The translations under genes and the position numbers were made by a program. Below the pieces are notes generated by a model. It worked only from the letters and a program-made list of their open reading frames with translations, was not told the origin of the DNA and made no database searches. Positions 12,663 through 26,568 of a stretch of DNA of 64,000 bases are shown here, piece by piece; the stretch's first letter is position 1, and every line of letters begins with the position of its first letter. This stretch comes from Camelus ferus (Eukaryota). The DNA lies in contig NC_045696.1 in the NCBI RefSeq assembly GCF_009834535.1, positions 74,092,001-74,156,000 on the forward strand, in the 5' to 3' direction.

Positions 12663-15289
12663 TCTCTTTGCTTCTCCCTAGAGGCTAGATTAGGACTGGA
12701 AACAAATCTAAGCCCTCCTGAGTCCCACACCGACTACAGTTAAACTGCTTCCCTGCTTTCCTCCCCAGTGTTTTTCTGAGCTGTGCTATTGATTATACAA
12801 TATAATGCAGCTCTAAAGGCTCCCCACTTGCTTCTCTTACCTTGCTTCCAAACACAGAGCTGTCTTAAATCAAAACCACATTCTCCAAGGCTGGCAATTG
12901 AAGAATAACCCCTCACAAGAGGAGAAATGTCTGTATGTTAGTCATGATTCCTTCCTCCAGGTTGAGTTTCTCCTTAAAGTTTTCTCACCAGTAGTGCTGC
13001 CCTCACCCTCTGGCTTCAGGAATGTTATTTTCCTAAAATATAAACCTAGTTATTCTTCATCAAATATTCGTTAATTGCCAAGTATACTCCTGGCACTGTC
13101 CTAAGCATAGGGTAATGAGGCTATTGATAAAGCAGACACACACCGTTGCCCACATGGAGCTTGAATTTTTGTGTGGACTAGAAAGTAACACTTAAAAATA
13201 GGTTCAGCAAACACATGGGAAAACACAAGGGAAAGTGATAGAGCTGGTAATTTGTGATTGGATAACCTGGCTCATAAATCTAGCTTCTTATCTCTCTTCA
13301 GCCTGTGACCGACTTACTCCAGAGTGTTTTGATGAATCTTTGTTGCAAAGTGTCATTAGATGTTTCTTCTCCAACATCTAGGAGTGTCCTTAATCTTGAC
13401 TTGACTCCTTCTAGTCAAAATGAGAAGTGTGGGACCTGGAGATAATATCTTACAAAAATCAGCTGGTCCCAGAACTAGTCTCATTTCTTTTCAGGGGCTA
13501 GAGAAACTCACCACTTGCTCACAGGGATGTAGTCTTTCCCCATCATCTCAGAGCAACAATGTTAAGAAAGCACTGGTATCCAGTAAACACAAAATGAGCC
13601 CTTGGGCTACACACATGCTTAAGTGTCTGGATGGTGGAGAGAATGGCTGTATTTAATCACATGCACATATGCACATACATACACATTCAGGCATGACATT
13701 TTGAGTTGCTGGGTTTATCTTGTATTTTATTGATTCTCTCACAGAACAAGACTTGAAAATTCATGTATTTGGGGATATATTGGAATTTGTTATTTAAGAT
13801 GACATGCATACTTACCACATACGCTCATACTTGTAACAAGACATTTTGACTGGGTTCACTGGATTCAGACTCTGCTAGTATCAATAGCATCTCCTTCCAC
13901 TTTCTTTGAGTTAGCTATATTTTTTAACCATGCAGAGAGTTTACCATGAGTATATTTGCCTTAAGAGTGCATGCTCTTTTGTCCTCAGGACCTCTCCCCA
14001 AAATAAAATGTTAGACATTAATGATTTCTGATCCTACCTTTAGCTGGAACATTATTTGACAGATGCCATATATATGTTATTTAAGAGGGATTGTTCCTTT
14101 TTCTCATATAGAATAGAATATTTTAAAGATTCATTCCCTAGAAAACACTTCTCTAGTTTTAAAGGCTGTAGCAAATTGTCAGTTTCTGCTACATTCATTT
14201 TTCAAGTGGCAATGCTATTAGGATACTATCACTCTGTGCACCTTTCAGGGGTAAATTGCATTGGGGGATGATTGAAAGCTCTAGGTATCAGTGATTCTAT
14301 CAAGTCTGGTTGCAATTCTACCTTCTCAAAACTCACTGAGAAGAAGCTTTGATTCTGAAACAGTATTATGAAGGCTTCTATAACTCTTTATCAGCTCTCT
14401 GTTTTATGGACTTGTTTTCCTAATGTAATTTACAATACTTCATGGTTAATTCTTTTGTCCATGCTTGCAAAAAGATTTAATTAATTAAAGGTTTCCTAAT
14501 GGGGATGAAGGTCTTTAGCACACAAGCACATCATAATTCCTTTTATGTACAGTCAAGGGCCGTTTCTTTGGTCCTATCCTTTGTCTCTCTTTAAATTTTT
14601 CCTCATTCCTTCTCCTGACATGGAGGTAGCTCCATCCTGGATTCCTATAAACTGCAAGTACTTGTGACTTTTCTCATTTATAATATCATTAATATGAGGA
14701 GGAAGTTTCATGGCAAAAAACCAAGAGTAGAGTTTACACATTTTAGTGTCAGTTATATGCTCTGTGCACTTGGGTAAATTCTAGCTGTGTTCTTGGCTTA
14801 TCTAACTTCTGTAGTCCCAAGAATAAAAAAGTCCTCAATTTCCTTATCTTTTCTCTTTTTCCATACTGTATTACAAGCCTATGCCTATTGCCTTGAATTT
14901 GCTGATATAACATATTCTCTTTCCACTAACCTTACACAGTTCCCTCCTCTGATACAATAAATCCTCTTGTGATCAATTCTATCTAACTCCAGTAAAGTAA
15001 ATGATTCCTCAGGCATAGGTGAGAAAAGTGTTCTACCAATGAAACAAATGTTCAGTTTTTCCTCTAATGTCATTTTTTATTCTGAAAACCTCTTTATTGT
15101 AAAAATAGCTTTAATTAAAACCAGCTTTCACTTATACATACAAGAAACAAGGTTAATTAATGTATTCCACATTAAGAATAATGAACAGTTGAGAAAATCC
15201 ATTTTTATAGCTCTTTTAATGACTGCTACGGTTAGTATTTTAAATACTTTCATATTCTATTTTACCTTAAAGAGAAAAATGTAAAGACT

Positions 15290-15903
15290 ATTATTAAAAA
15301 TTCAAAGTTACATTATCAAGAAAGTGAAAAGACAACTTAAAGAATGGGAGAAAATATGTACAAATCAGATATATAGTAAGGGTTTAATATCTCCAAATGT
15401 ATAAAGATTTCCTAAAACTCAGCAACAAAAAGAGAACTCAATTAAAAAAGGGGCAAAGATTTGAGTAGGCATCTCTCCAAAGAGGACATATAAATGGCCA
15501 ATAAATATAGGAAAAGATGCTCAACATCATCTTAGTCAATAGGGAATCACAATGAGATACCACTTCATACCCACTAGAATGGCTATAGTAATAATTTTTA
15601 AAATATAGAAAATAACAGGTATTGGGAAGGATGTGGAGAAATGGAAAACCTCATACAATGCTGATGGAAATGTAAAATGTTACAGCCACAGTGGAAAATG
15701 GTTTGGTGTTTTTCAAAAAGTTAAACATAGAATTATCATATGATCCAGCAATTCCACCTCAAGGTATATACCCCAAAGAATTGAAAGAAAGAACTCAAAC
15801 AGATATTTGTATGCCAATGTTTCTTGCAGCCTTATTCACAATAGCTAAAGGATATAAACACCCCAAATGTCCATCAACAGATGAATGGATACCCCAAATG
15901 TGA

Positions 15904-15944
<41 letters not shown>

Positions 15945-16340
15945 TATCTGGAATGGAATATTACTCAGCCATAAAAAGGGTGACGTTTTTGTACAAGCTG
16001 TAACATGGATGAACCTTGAAAACATTATGCTATGTGAAATAAGTCAAACAAAATGACAAGCATTATATGATTACACTTAAATGAAATTTTCTAAAATAGG
16101 CAAATTCATAGAGACAGAAAGTAGATTGGAGGCTAACAGGGGATTGGGAAGAGAGGAAGAATGGAGAGGTATTACTTAATGGTTACAGAGTTTCTATTTT
16201 GGGCTTTAAAAATTTTTGGAAATAGTGGTGATGGTTTTCCAACATTATGAATGTAATTAATGCCACTAAATTATACATTTTAAAATGGTTAAAAAGGTTA
16301 ATTTTATGTTAAATTATTTTACCACAATTTAAAAATTCAA
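15290..16340 (+). mobile_element. 5'-truncated L1 (L1MB-like): ORF2 C-terminus and 3' UTR
   Basis: ORF 15691-15903 'KKLNIELSYDPAIPPQGIYPKELK...CMPMFLAALFTIAK...PKCPSTDEWI' is the L1 ORF2 C-terminus; an L1MB-type 3' UTR follows. Confidence 0.9.
15904..15944 (+). repeat. (TCTG)n(TCTA)n microsatellite inside L1
   Basis: Read directly from the sequence. Confidence 0.9.
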
Positions 16341-17699
16341 AAAATTTCCAAAAAAGGCAATTTAATTTAAGGGTGTGTTTTATTTATGGTGTGCTGGTAA
16401 AAATCAGGGTTTGTGGTTGTTTTTAATTCCAAAGAAACCTCCTAAAAGTTTTGTTCCTATACCCAATTTTTCCTTGGTGTTAGGTTATGAAAACTACTTC
16501 TGAGAATTTTTGAAAAATTATTTTCTCAGTATGCCCATGAATACAATAAAAAAAAATCCAGGATTGGCTCTCTGATTTACATTATAGGCAAATGAAATTA
16601 TTTTAACTCATCAATTTCTACAAGAATGGCTCATATTTTCTGCAGCTAAATAGTACTTAACAAACCTATGTAGCGTCAAAGAGTATCATAATTTATGTTA
16701 ACAGGCTTAACTGAAGTAGTAATTCGAATAAAAGGTAGATGTTCTTTTTAAGTTCTAATAGAAAACATCAAGTTTAAAGTGGCACTCGGGGACTTGTATT
16801 TTAGAGAAGGCACAAACATTTAGAGGCTTGTTTTTAAGAAAATTTGGAACAGCAACAGTAATAAAAAGACAACTTAGGAATTGCTTCGATTTCTTTTTCA
16901 GATCAGAGAACTATAATTCTGGAAGCAAACATGCTATAGCTTTTGAAGATTCTTGTGGTTAGCACAATAAAAATCTGCAGGATTTTATAAAATTTTAAAA
17001 CTCTTTATCCTTACTATTTGATCATACACAGTACCTTTAAAGGTTTCTCATCCTTATTTTGCAAAGGAAAATGTTAAATGTTAGGTTTGGGTGCCCATTT
17101 TTCTGCATTTATTCTGGTCCCATGACTTACTCATTTGGTCCTACAGGATCATGAGAAGCCCTAAAAATGAGGTATTCCTTTCATTCCAATCTAGCCTGCC
17201 CAGTCTCTGCCAGCGCCTGCTTAATAATTCCTAGCCAGTCACTGAGGAACAAAGTTCCCTTAGGAACACTTGACTAATTCAAATGCTTCTCCATAATGTA
17301 AAATCTGAAGAGGATGAGAAAAAGGTGGAGAAATGTTTGACTTAAGTACTAATAATTTTTGCCAGCATCTTTTGCCAAATAACAGGACAGACTGAGCAAA
17401 ATCTGCTGCTGCAATATCCCAAAGGTGTTCTTTAGCAGAGTGGGCTGCTTTACAGGGTTCCTCTGCTCCTGCTTCTACCAACTATAAGGGTTTTTTTTTT
17501 TTCATATGATATTTTTCATTTCATGTACTGCTTTCATCCCTGACTTTTTATTATTTTTCTTGTCTTTCGTTTATACATCATTTTGACTATCCCAGGTATG
17601 AATTGTATTTTAGCCTTTTGAAGTGTTTTGTTTATGCTGCCTCAAAACATTTTTGGAAAGAGAGAAGAAGGAAGGTTTTTATTTGTAAAAGAAAAGTAG

Positions 17700-17920
17700 C
17701 TACATTTGCCAAATACTATGCTAACCTATGTTTTAAAATTTCTTAAGCATTTTACATGCATCAGTACATTAAATCCTTACAACCCTACATGGCAGGTTAC
17801 TAGTATTATCTCCATTTTTCAGGAGAGGAAACTGAGGCATGGAAAAGGTTGAAACACATAGAGCCTTTGCATGATGGAGCTAGGAACCCTGGCTCCACAG
17901 CTTATGCTCTGCCATTACAT
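17700..17920 (-). mobile_element. MIR
   Basis: 'attatctccatttttcaggagaggaaactgaggcatggaaaaggttgaa'. Confidence 0.8.
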
Positions 17921-18136
17921 TATAGTGCTTTGTCTGGTATATTGAAAATCTCTTCCTGTATCGTTATTATCACATGGCTAATTGAATTCTTATTAATTGT
18001 ATTGATCATAGTGCAATCTATTTTATTTTTTGACTAAACATTTATTCAGAGCTTATTTGTATCAGTTGCTGTCAAGGCTGTTGAAAGTAATAAGGTGCAA
18101 GAGATACTTTTCTATTGGGTAAATAAGTTAAATCTT

Positions 18137-19260
18137 CATAGACAAATTTGTTATGAAGCTAATAAGCTTAAGCTTCAGCAGCACTGGAGCTTCCCAAAAT
18201 CCTGGGAGGGGGCCCAAGTCCATGTTCACATTGTCAAAAGTTTTGGTAAATTTTTTTAAAATTGGATATGTTAATAGCAATTGGTCAAGATTGCTGTCTC
18301 TCTCCACACCTATTTACTATCTGTCACACTTCTAGTATCAGGTAGCATTGGAGAGGCCAGAGTTAATTTGGGGATCCAACTAAAGGCAAGTTGAGTTGAG
18401 AATACATTTAGTTTGAGTTTTGTGGACTATATTTATGTAGCTTGCAATTACTTTCTTATATGATTAAATTAGTGCTAGCCACCCCACTATAGGAATCATT
18501 TCCAGGATAAATTTTGAGTAGAAGCAATGAATTAGGCTTTTAGATTGTTTAATAACCCAATTAATGAAGAGAAATACATCATATGAAAGCACATTTTAAT
18601 ATTTTAATTTGATAAGAGTACTGAAATTGATGAAGATAACATAATTCTAGGATAAATTGATCAAGGGGTATCACTAAGTCATGACTATGTTAAGTTAGAG
18701 TCTAGACAGGAAAACATGAAATGCTCTGAGATCATAGAGCACACACAGGAAAGACACTAATAGAGGTTTTTCCACATTTGACAATAATTTTAAAAATGTA
18801 GATGATACCGCTAAAAAAAATTGCGAAGCTAAAATTTATAGACTATTCTAAGTTACTTTAAAAATTCTGATCAGTCATCTTAAAGGAAGGTTTGAATTAT
18901 TTTTCTTACCATCGGAAAATTATATTATAAAACCATTGTCATATCAAGAAGTATTTAAAGAGGGTCTAGCCAAAACTGTGGGAAAAGCCTATTTTTAACA
19001 GCCTGTCAGACAGTTAATTAATAAAAATATTATGCTGGATTGCTGGATTTCATCATGTTTGTGGTATTTGTCAGTATCTTAGTGTTTATAATTTGCTGTG
19101 ACTTATTTTATCATTCTAAATTAATAGATACTTCTGTATCTAATTTTATATTCATAATACTGTATTTTTTCCTTATGGGGGCTCTCAATGTATATACATA
19201 CATACATAGATATATGTATGTATTTATATATAAGCCTCATGGCACCTGAATGTGTTCTTG
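18137..19260 (+). mobile_element. Internally deleted hAT-Tip100 DNA transposon (Arthur1/MER69-like) with a transposase C-terminal remnant
   Basis: The 5' end 'catagacaaatttgttatgaagctaataagcttaagcttcag' and 3' end 'ataagcctcatggcacctgaatgtgttcttg' match remembered consensus termini. ~18763-18990 reads as a decayed hAT dimerisation domain (EVFPHLTIILKM...). Confidence 0.75.
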
Positions 19261-19974
19261 AATTTCTGTATAGTATTTTCAGTTTAGAAAGTTTTTTCAC
19301 ATTTGTTTTTCAAAGTTATTATACCTGTTTTTCTGGATATGAAAGGAAGTTTCAAAGGCTTCAGTGACTCACTCATATCCACTGAGGTCTGAAATTCAAT
19401 ATCCAGAATTCAGGCTTAGATTGCTGGATTCTGCTGTGCTTGCCCCCACACCTCACCGCATTCCATGCCTAAGATTTGTTAATTAAAGCAAAATCTCCTG
19501 GAAATGTATGAGTAAATGAAAGCAACACCAGATTTTAATGGTTTGGTATGACCTTGTAAGGAAATCTTATGTGAACTCCCATAAAGCTATAAAGATCTCA
19601 GTGAGCCTTAATAAAACAGTCTAAACTTAGACTTCACAAGTTTGGAGTTTGTAAACATTAAGGGATGTGACAAAGGGGCTTGCTTGTTAAACGAGTAATA
19701 AGTGTCCACAAAGGTAAAAGGGAATGCGTAAGGAACAGAACAAGCTATTTTCAGGCCCTTTGTTTTATTTTTATATGACAGTTTCCTTTGACTCTATTTT
19801 CTCTAGGCTTAATGGAATGCATTAGGTTTTAGAGAGATGATGGCGTGCCAGACGGAATGTTGTGTATAGTCTTTAAGCTATAAAAGTTTTTGCATACACA
19901 TAGTACTGCTTCTTGGTTGTTATGTCTCCAAATCCATCAGGTCATCACAGTAGCCTGGGAGGTCTTATTACTTC

Positions 19975-20220
19975 CATAGTCCTTATTGTGTGCCAGCTCT
20001 AAGAAGCTTTATTGAATACCAGGCACTAAGTTTTTTTACATATATTAACCCATGCTATAGTCACGTTAACCTTACAAGACTGGCATTATTATGATCACTC
20101 CCAGATAGAAATTGAGGCATGGAGAGATTAAGTAACTTGTTCAAGGCCACATAGCTAGTTAAATGGGACTCAAACCCAGACTTTGGTGCCTAAGCCCTTC
20201 ATTAGGCACTCTATACTGCT
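19975..20220 (-). mobile_element. MIR
   Basis: 'gaaattgaggcatggagagattaagtaacttgttcaaggccacatagctagt...gggactcaaacccagac'. Confidence 0.85.
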
Positions 20221-21000
20221 CCCTTTATCATATCTGTGAGAGGGATAATGCTGCTTGCAACATTTTACTTGGATATATTTATTCAGTATGAAGGCTGCAG
20301 CCACAGGTCATGTTCCATATGCAGTTGGTTCCTTTCTTTGTCTTTATTTCTGCTAAATTAGAAATTCTTTCATCATAATTATAGGTTCTTAGAAATGGCA
20401 GAAATTGTTTATTGGCACTGTCATCTAGTTCTAGATTTTCAAACTGCATGTGGGTCCAGAAATACGAAGAAATTTTCCACTGAAACTTACTTTGAGCATT
20501 CTGAAAGATGCTACACAGGCAAGGTTAGCACACACTAACCTTAAAACTCTCAACTTGGAAGATACAGCCAGTGGTTTTCCAGTTTACTCTTTAGGTAGTA
20601 CTCAGCTTGAAACTATAACCATTTTCTATTGCAGGATTTGGATTTGGTTTTAAAATAAGCCAATTTTTTTTCTCTGACAAGCACTGGACTCTTGACAGTT
20701 AAGCTGCTTGTCCTACTACTTGGTCTTCTTAAGAAATCCTGATATCCCAAATCTCAGTATCAAACTTGTGCCATTTTGGCCACAAGGTGGTAAATTCAGG
20801 CTTTTAAAGATATAGGATATATCTTAGAGACACAGAGATTGAGCAAGTCACTTGAAATAATAGAAGCCATCTTTTCTGGTACTGTTAATTTATAAAGAAA
20901 TGCTTTTATCTTGTCCATCTTTTCAAAACACCTATTCTTTCAACAGCTGGCATTCTGGGTTTTCTTTCACTTTATTTTATTTTTTATAAGTAACTACGTA

Positions 21001-23988
21001 TTTTTTAATTGAGATATAGTTGGCATACAATATTATATAAGTTATGGGTGTACAATATAGTGATTTACAATTTGTAAAGATTATACTCCATTTATATTTA
21101 TTGTAAAATATTGGCTATGTTCCCTATGTTGTACAATATAGCCTTGTAGCTTAGTTATTTTATACATAACAGTTTGTACTTCTTAAACCTCAACTCCTAT
21201 CTTGACCATTCCCCCTTCCCTCTCCCCACTGGTAACCACTAGTTTGTTCTCTATATCTGTGACTCTGTTTCCTTTTTGTTATATTCACTAGTTTGTTTTA
21301 TTTTTTAGATTCCACATATATGTGATATTATACAGTATTTGTCCTTTTCTGTCTGACTTACTTCACTAAGCATAAGACTGTCAAAGTCCATCCTTGTTGC
21401 AAATGGCTAAATTTTATTCCTTTTTATGGCTGAGTAGCATTTCATTGTGTATGTGTATATATATATACACACACACACTATATATATATATATAGTGTAT
21501 ATATATATATATACACACACACCACTTTTTTTTTTAAATTGAATTATAATCAGTTTACAATGTGTCAGTTCTGTTGTACAGCATAATGTTTCAGTCATAC
21601 ATATACATACATAAATTTGTTTTCATATTCTTTTTAACTATAGGTTACTGCAAGATATTGAATATAGTTCCTTGTGCTATACAGAAAAAACTTACCTATT
21701 TTATATATAGTAGTTAGTATCTGCAAATCTTGAACTTCCAATTTTTCCCTTCCCATCCTCTTCCCCCCTGGTAACTATAAGTTTGTTTTCTATGTCTGTA
21801 GTCTGTTTCTGTTTTGTAAGTTAATTTGTGGTTTGGTTTTTTGTTTTGGTTTTTTTTTAGATTCCATATACAAGTGATATCATATGGTATTTTTCTTACT
21901 TTTTCTGGCTTACTTCACTTAGAATGGTGATCTCCAGGTCCATCCTTGTTGCTGCAATGGCAATATTTTATTTTTTATGGCTGAGTAGTATTCCATTGTA
22001 TAAATATACCACAGCTTCTTTATCCAGTCATCTGTCAGTGGATATTTAGGTTGCTTCTGTGTTTGAGCTATTGTAAATAGTGCTGCTATGAACACTGAGG
22101 TGCATGTACCTTTTCAAATTAGAGTTCCCTCTGGATATATGCCCAGGAGTGAGATTGCTAGATCATATGGTAAATCTCTTTTTAGTTTTTTGAGGAATTT
22201 CCATACTGTTTTCCATAGTAACTGCACCAAACTGCATTCCCACCAACAGTGTAGGAGGGTTCTTTTTTCTCCACACCTTCTCTAGCATTTATCATTTGTG
22301 AACTTTTGAATGATGGCCATTCTGATTGTTGTGATACGTCATTGTAGTTTTGATTTGCATTTCTCTGATAATTAGCAATACTGAGCATTTTTTTCACGTG
22401 CCTATTGGCCATTTGTATGTTTTAATTGGAGAAGGGCTTGTTTAGGTCTTCTGCCCATTTTTGGATTGGGTTGTTTGGGTTTTGTTGTTGTTGTTGTTGC
22501 TATTATTAAGTTGTATAAGCTGTTTGTGTTTTCTAAAAGTTAAGCCCTTGTGAGTCTCATCATTTGCAAATATTTTCTCCCATTCTGTAGGTTGTTTTTT
22601 TGTTTTGCTTATGGTTTCCTTTGCTGTGCAAAAGCTGGTAAGTTTAATTAGGTCTCATTTGTTTATTTTTGCTTTTATTTCTATTGCCTGGATAGACTGC
22701 CCTAGGAGAACATTGCTAAGATTTATGTCAGAAAATGTTTTGTCTATGTTTTCTTCTAGGAGATTTATAGTGTCTTGTCTTATATTTCAGTCTATAAGCC
22801 ATTTTGAGTTTATTTTTGTACCACATCTTCTTTATCCATTCATCTGTTGATGGACACTTAGGTTGTTTCTATATCTTGTCTATTGTAAGTAGTGCTGCTA
22901 TAAACATTGAGGTGCACATATCTTTTTGAATTAGTATTTTTGTTTTTTTTCAGATATATACCCAGGAGTGGAATTGCTGGGTTACATGGTAGTTCTCTTT
23001 CTAGCTTTTTGAGAAACCTACATATTGTTTTCCACAGTGCTGTACCAATTCACATTTCCAAGAAAAGTGTAATAAGAGGGTTCCCTTTTCTCCACATCCT
23101 TGCCAACATTCATTTTTTGTAGTCTTTTTGATGATAGCCATTCTAACGAGTGTGAAATGATATCTCACTGTGGTTTTAATTTGCATTTCTCTGATCTTTA
23201 CCAGTATTGAGCATCTTTTCATGTGCCTGATAGCCACCTGTATGTCTCCTTTGGGAAAATGTCTGTTCACATCTTCTGCCCAGTTTTTAATGAGGTTGTT
23301 TGTTTTTCTGATGTTAAGTTGTATAGGTTGTTTATATATGTAGGATATTAACCCCTTATCCATCATATCATTAGCAAATATTTTCTCCAATTCAGTAGGT
23401 TGTTTTTTCATTTTGTTGATGGCTTCCTTTGCTGTGCAAAGCTTTTAAATGTTATTATGTCCCATTTGTTTATTTTTGTTTTTATTTCTATTACTCTAGG
23501 AGAGGGATTCAAAAATATATTGCTGTGATTTATGTCAAAGAGTTTTTTGACTGTATTTCCCCCTAGAAGTTTTACAGTATCCAGTCTTACATTTAGGTCT
23601 TTAATCCATTTTGAGTTTGTTTCTGTATATGGTATTAGAGAATGTACTTATTTCATTCTTTTACATGTAGCTGTCCAGTTTTCCCAGCCCCACTTATTGA
23701 AGAGACTGTCTTTTCTCCATTGTATATTCTTGCCTCCTTTGTCATAGATTAACTGACCATAAGTGTGTAGGTTTATTTCTGGGCTCTCTATCCTGTTCCA
23801 TTGACCTATGTGTCTGTTGGGGGAGGGGGAGCAGGACTATTACTGTTTCTATTACGGTAGCTTTGTAGTACAGTGTGAAGTCAGGGAGGTGATTCCTCCA
23901 GCTCTGTTCTTTGTTCTCAAAATTGTTTTGACTATTTGGGGTCTTTTGTGTTTCCATACAAATTTTAAAATTATTTATTCTAGTTCTT
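21001..23988 (-). mobile_element. 5'-truncated cetartiodactyl-type L1 (outer element: 21001-21525 and 22820-23988)
   Basis: Poly-T and 3' UTR at 21001. ORF 23001-23411(-) '[14 protein letters not shown]...DKGLIS...WAEDVNRHF...[12 protein letters not shown]' is the ORF2 C-terminus. Confidence 0.9.
21526..22819 (-). mobile_element. Second, younger 5'-truncated L1 nested in the first
   Basis: A new poly-T and a different 3' UTR start at 21526. The outer L1 is continuous across 'accac' (21521-21525 / 22820-22824). Confidence 0.9.
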
Positions 23989-24059
23989 AACATCTAGCAT
24001 TCTTTAGTGGGGAAAGCAGTCCTGTTCTCTGCCAGTTTCTCTGTGAGTTCATAGAGAAG

Positions 24060-24400
24060 GTTGTACCAGTAAAACCTTTCCTCTCCTTCCAATTCCCTTT
24101 CCTTCACCCTACCTCACCCTAAAATTCCCTCTCCCTCTGCCCTTTTTTTTGTATCCATTGTATTTATCATCTTCTAAAATATTAAGTTAAACTACATGAA
24201 ATTGTCACTTCTTCAGAACAAAAATTGTCAAATATAAACTATCTAATTCATTTATTTATTTGGTTTATTGTCAGTTTCCATGCCCATACCCACACCCTCA
24301 CCAAAATGAGACAGGATATTTTGTCTGATTTCATCACTGGTGTGTCCCAGTCCCCCAAAATCAATGCCTTTCAGATAAGATGAAAGTTTGAATTAATTAG
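24060..24400 (+). mobile_element. L2 3' end fragment
   Basis: 'tttattgtcagtttcc...aggatattttgtctgatttcatcactggtgtgtcccagtcccc'. Confidence 0.55.
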
Positions 24401-24557
24401 ACTATTATTTGCAATTTGAATCATTTTCTTCAATACTGAGTTAAGATGAGGAGTCAAGTTGGTGACTGCCAACAGTTCTCTATGAGTAAGGCAGTATGTG
24501 GCCTGGCATTTGGGTGCTGTTTCTCTATTTGTCCAGCAGTACTCCTCCTTCCTGTGT

Positions 24558-24562
24558 ACACA

Positions 24563-24594
<32 letters not shown>
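24558..24594 (+). repeat. (CA)n microsatellite
   Basis: Read directly from the sequence. Confidence 0.95.
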
Positions 24595-25603
24595 GCTTGC
24601 ACTGTCTGTTCTGACTCAAGCTTACATTTTCTTACAGTGAGCATGTCACAGCACTTTACTCCTTTACTTTGTATGTAATTGATATTAAATGACATCCAAT
24701 AGTGTTATTTGATAAAGGAATTTTACCTACAACTCATTCTACTTTCCCTGTGAATGTAATATTTGTTAACTTTGTAGCTAATTTAATGAGTGTCCCACAC
24801 TAGTAACAGAATGTTTATCCCTTTTCCCTATGAGGAGTACAACTGTGAAAGATGCCTGTGGTTTTGGTCACATCTCTCTAAATTGATTAACAAAGTTAAT
24901 TAACAAAGTTAAAAGTTGATAACAAAGTTTCATGCTGGAAACATTATTATGCATTCATTCTGGTAAAATGTAATTGGTTTACTAGAAAGGTCACTGTGCT
25001 ATGTTTGAAAATGAGAGAGCTTCTTTACCTAGTTACTGTTTTACATAGTCTCATAGTATACAATACATGGAGAGAGAGAGGTGGCTAGATCTCTTGTCCG
25101 ACAGTCTACTCTTTAGATATATGTAATTGTGTTTGTTATTTGCAAGAAATCATTATATTCATAGAATCTCTGTCAAAACACACACATATTCAATTTCCAC
25201 ATTTGCACTGGAATACTGTTCATATATATGGTGATATTTCATACTGAAACCTTTTCATTACCCTTTTTGTCATTACTTTCATGCTTTTCTGAATTATTTT
25301 AAGTCACTGATTTATTTTTGTAGATACAATATAACCATATAATAACAATTTAAAATGCCAGCTTTATGCAAATGATGTGAAAATTCATTAGCTGAGACTA
25401 ATTCAACTCTTTAACTGTAGCTATCCTTGCTTCTGAACATCATTTAAGGAGATAATGATAATTAAGAAGCAACAATATTTTGAGGATGGTAATAATTAAT
25501 CTTGCATTTCATATTTATGAAATGGAGGTGAGCAAAACACTAAATAATTACTTTTTCTTTTGAAATTGCCAGACCACCTGTTGATCACTCGATAATGTTC
25601 AGA

Positions 25604-25803
25604 CAGTGGTGTGCTGGTAATTGTTTAACGGGAGGATCTCTGGGAAGAAGGGCTGCTGATTTGTAGCATTTACCAAATTTTGTGGTGTAAACACTTTCAA
25701 TTATGGCCAGTTTTAACCTGCTACTAGCTTTCAAAATTCCTAAATACTTAACAGTTGGTTCTCACAAAGTCAAAGTTGTATTAGACTGTTCCAGCATCCA
25801 TTG
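25604..25803 (-). mobile_element. MER63A-like hAT-Blackjack MITE
   Basis: TIRs cagtggtgtgctgg...ccagcatccattg; internal 'ctgatttgtagcatttaccaaattttgtggtgtaaacact'. Confidence 0.8.
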
Positions 25804-26108
25804 CAGGGGCCATGCACCCATCTTGGAAAACCATGGCCAAAGAGAGAAAAGTGGTAAACACTCTTGATTAAAAACTATGGCTTAAATTGTAAGAGTTCCT
25901 TTATTTCAGTTTTGTCTTGTGACAGAACTGGCTTATTAGATGCAACTAATTAAAATTCAGCAGAAATCCTAGTTTTGAAACCAAAGGAAAACTTCATATT
26001 TATAGCTTGAGTTTATTAAATATGTGAATTTAAATTGGAAAATGACTAGAGCTTAAATATTTAAATCAAAATGAGCCAAAATTTATTTAAATCTGTGAAA
26101 TATCAGTA

Positions 26109-26568
26109 TGTAGTGAGTTGAATTGTATCCCTGAAGAAAGGTATGTTCAAGTCCTAACCCTTTCCCTCCATCTCCCCATACCTATAAATGTGACTTTATT
26201 TGGAAATAGGTTTTTACAGATGTAATCAAGTTAAGAATCTCAAAGTGACATGATATGGATTTAGAATTGACTAAATCCAGTGACTGATGTCCTTATAAGA
26301 GAAAGGACACTGAAGCACAGGCACTGTGAGGGGAAGGGCATGTGAAGACAAAGGCAGAGACTGGAGCTCTGCTGACACAAATCAAGGCACACCAGGAACC
26401 GCCAGGAACCGCCAGAAGCTGGAGGTGGCCAGAAAGGGTTCTCCAGGGAGTGTGGCCCTGCCAGCTCCTTGAATTCAGACTTCTTGTCTCCAGAACAGTG
26501 AAAGAATAAATTTTTGTTCTTTTAAGACACCAAGAAATTTGTTAAAGCAGCCCTAGGAGACTAATATA
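26109..26568 (+). mobile_element. MaLR solo LTR (MLT1B/C-like)
   Basis: tgtagtgagttgaattgtatccc...gcagccctaggagactaatata, internal AATAAA, and a 5-bp TSD cagta (26104-26108) / cggta (26569-26573). Confidence 0.9.

Noticed and set aside
13810..13915. Strong minus-strand donor (TG|gtaagt) with an upstream exon-like stretch
   Set aside because: No polypyrimidine acceptor, and stops in all frames from the nearest AG.
24888..24930. taacaaagtt repeated three times
   Set aside because: A short AT-rich local duplication with no other support.
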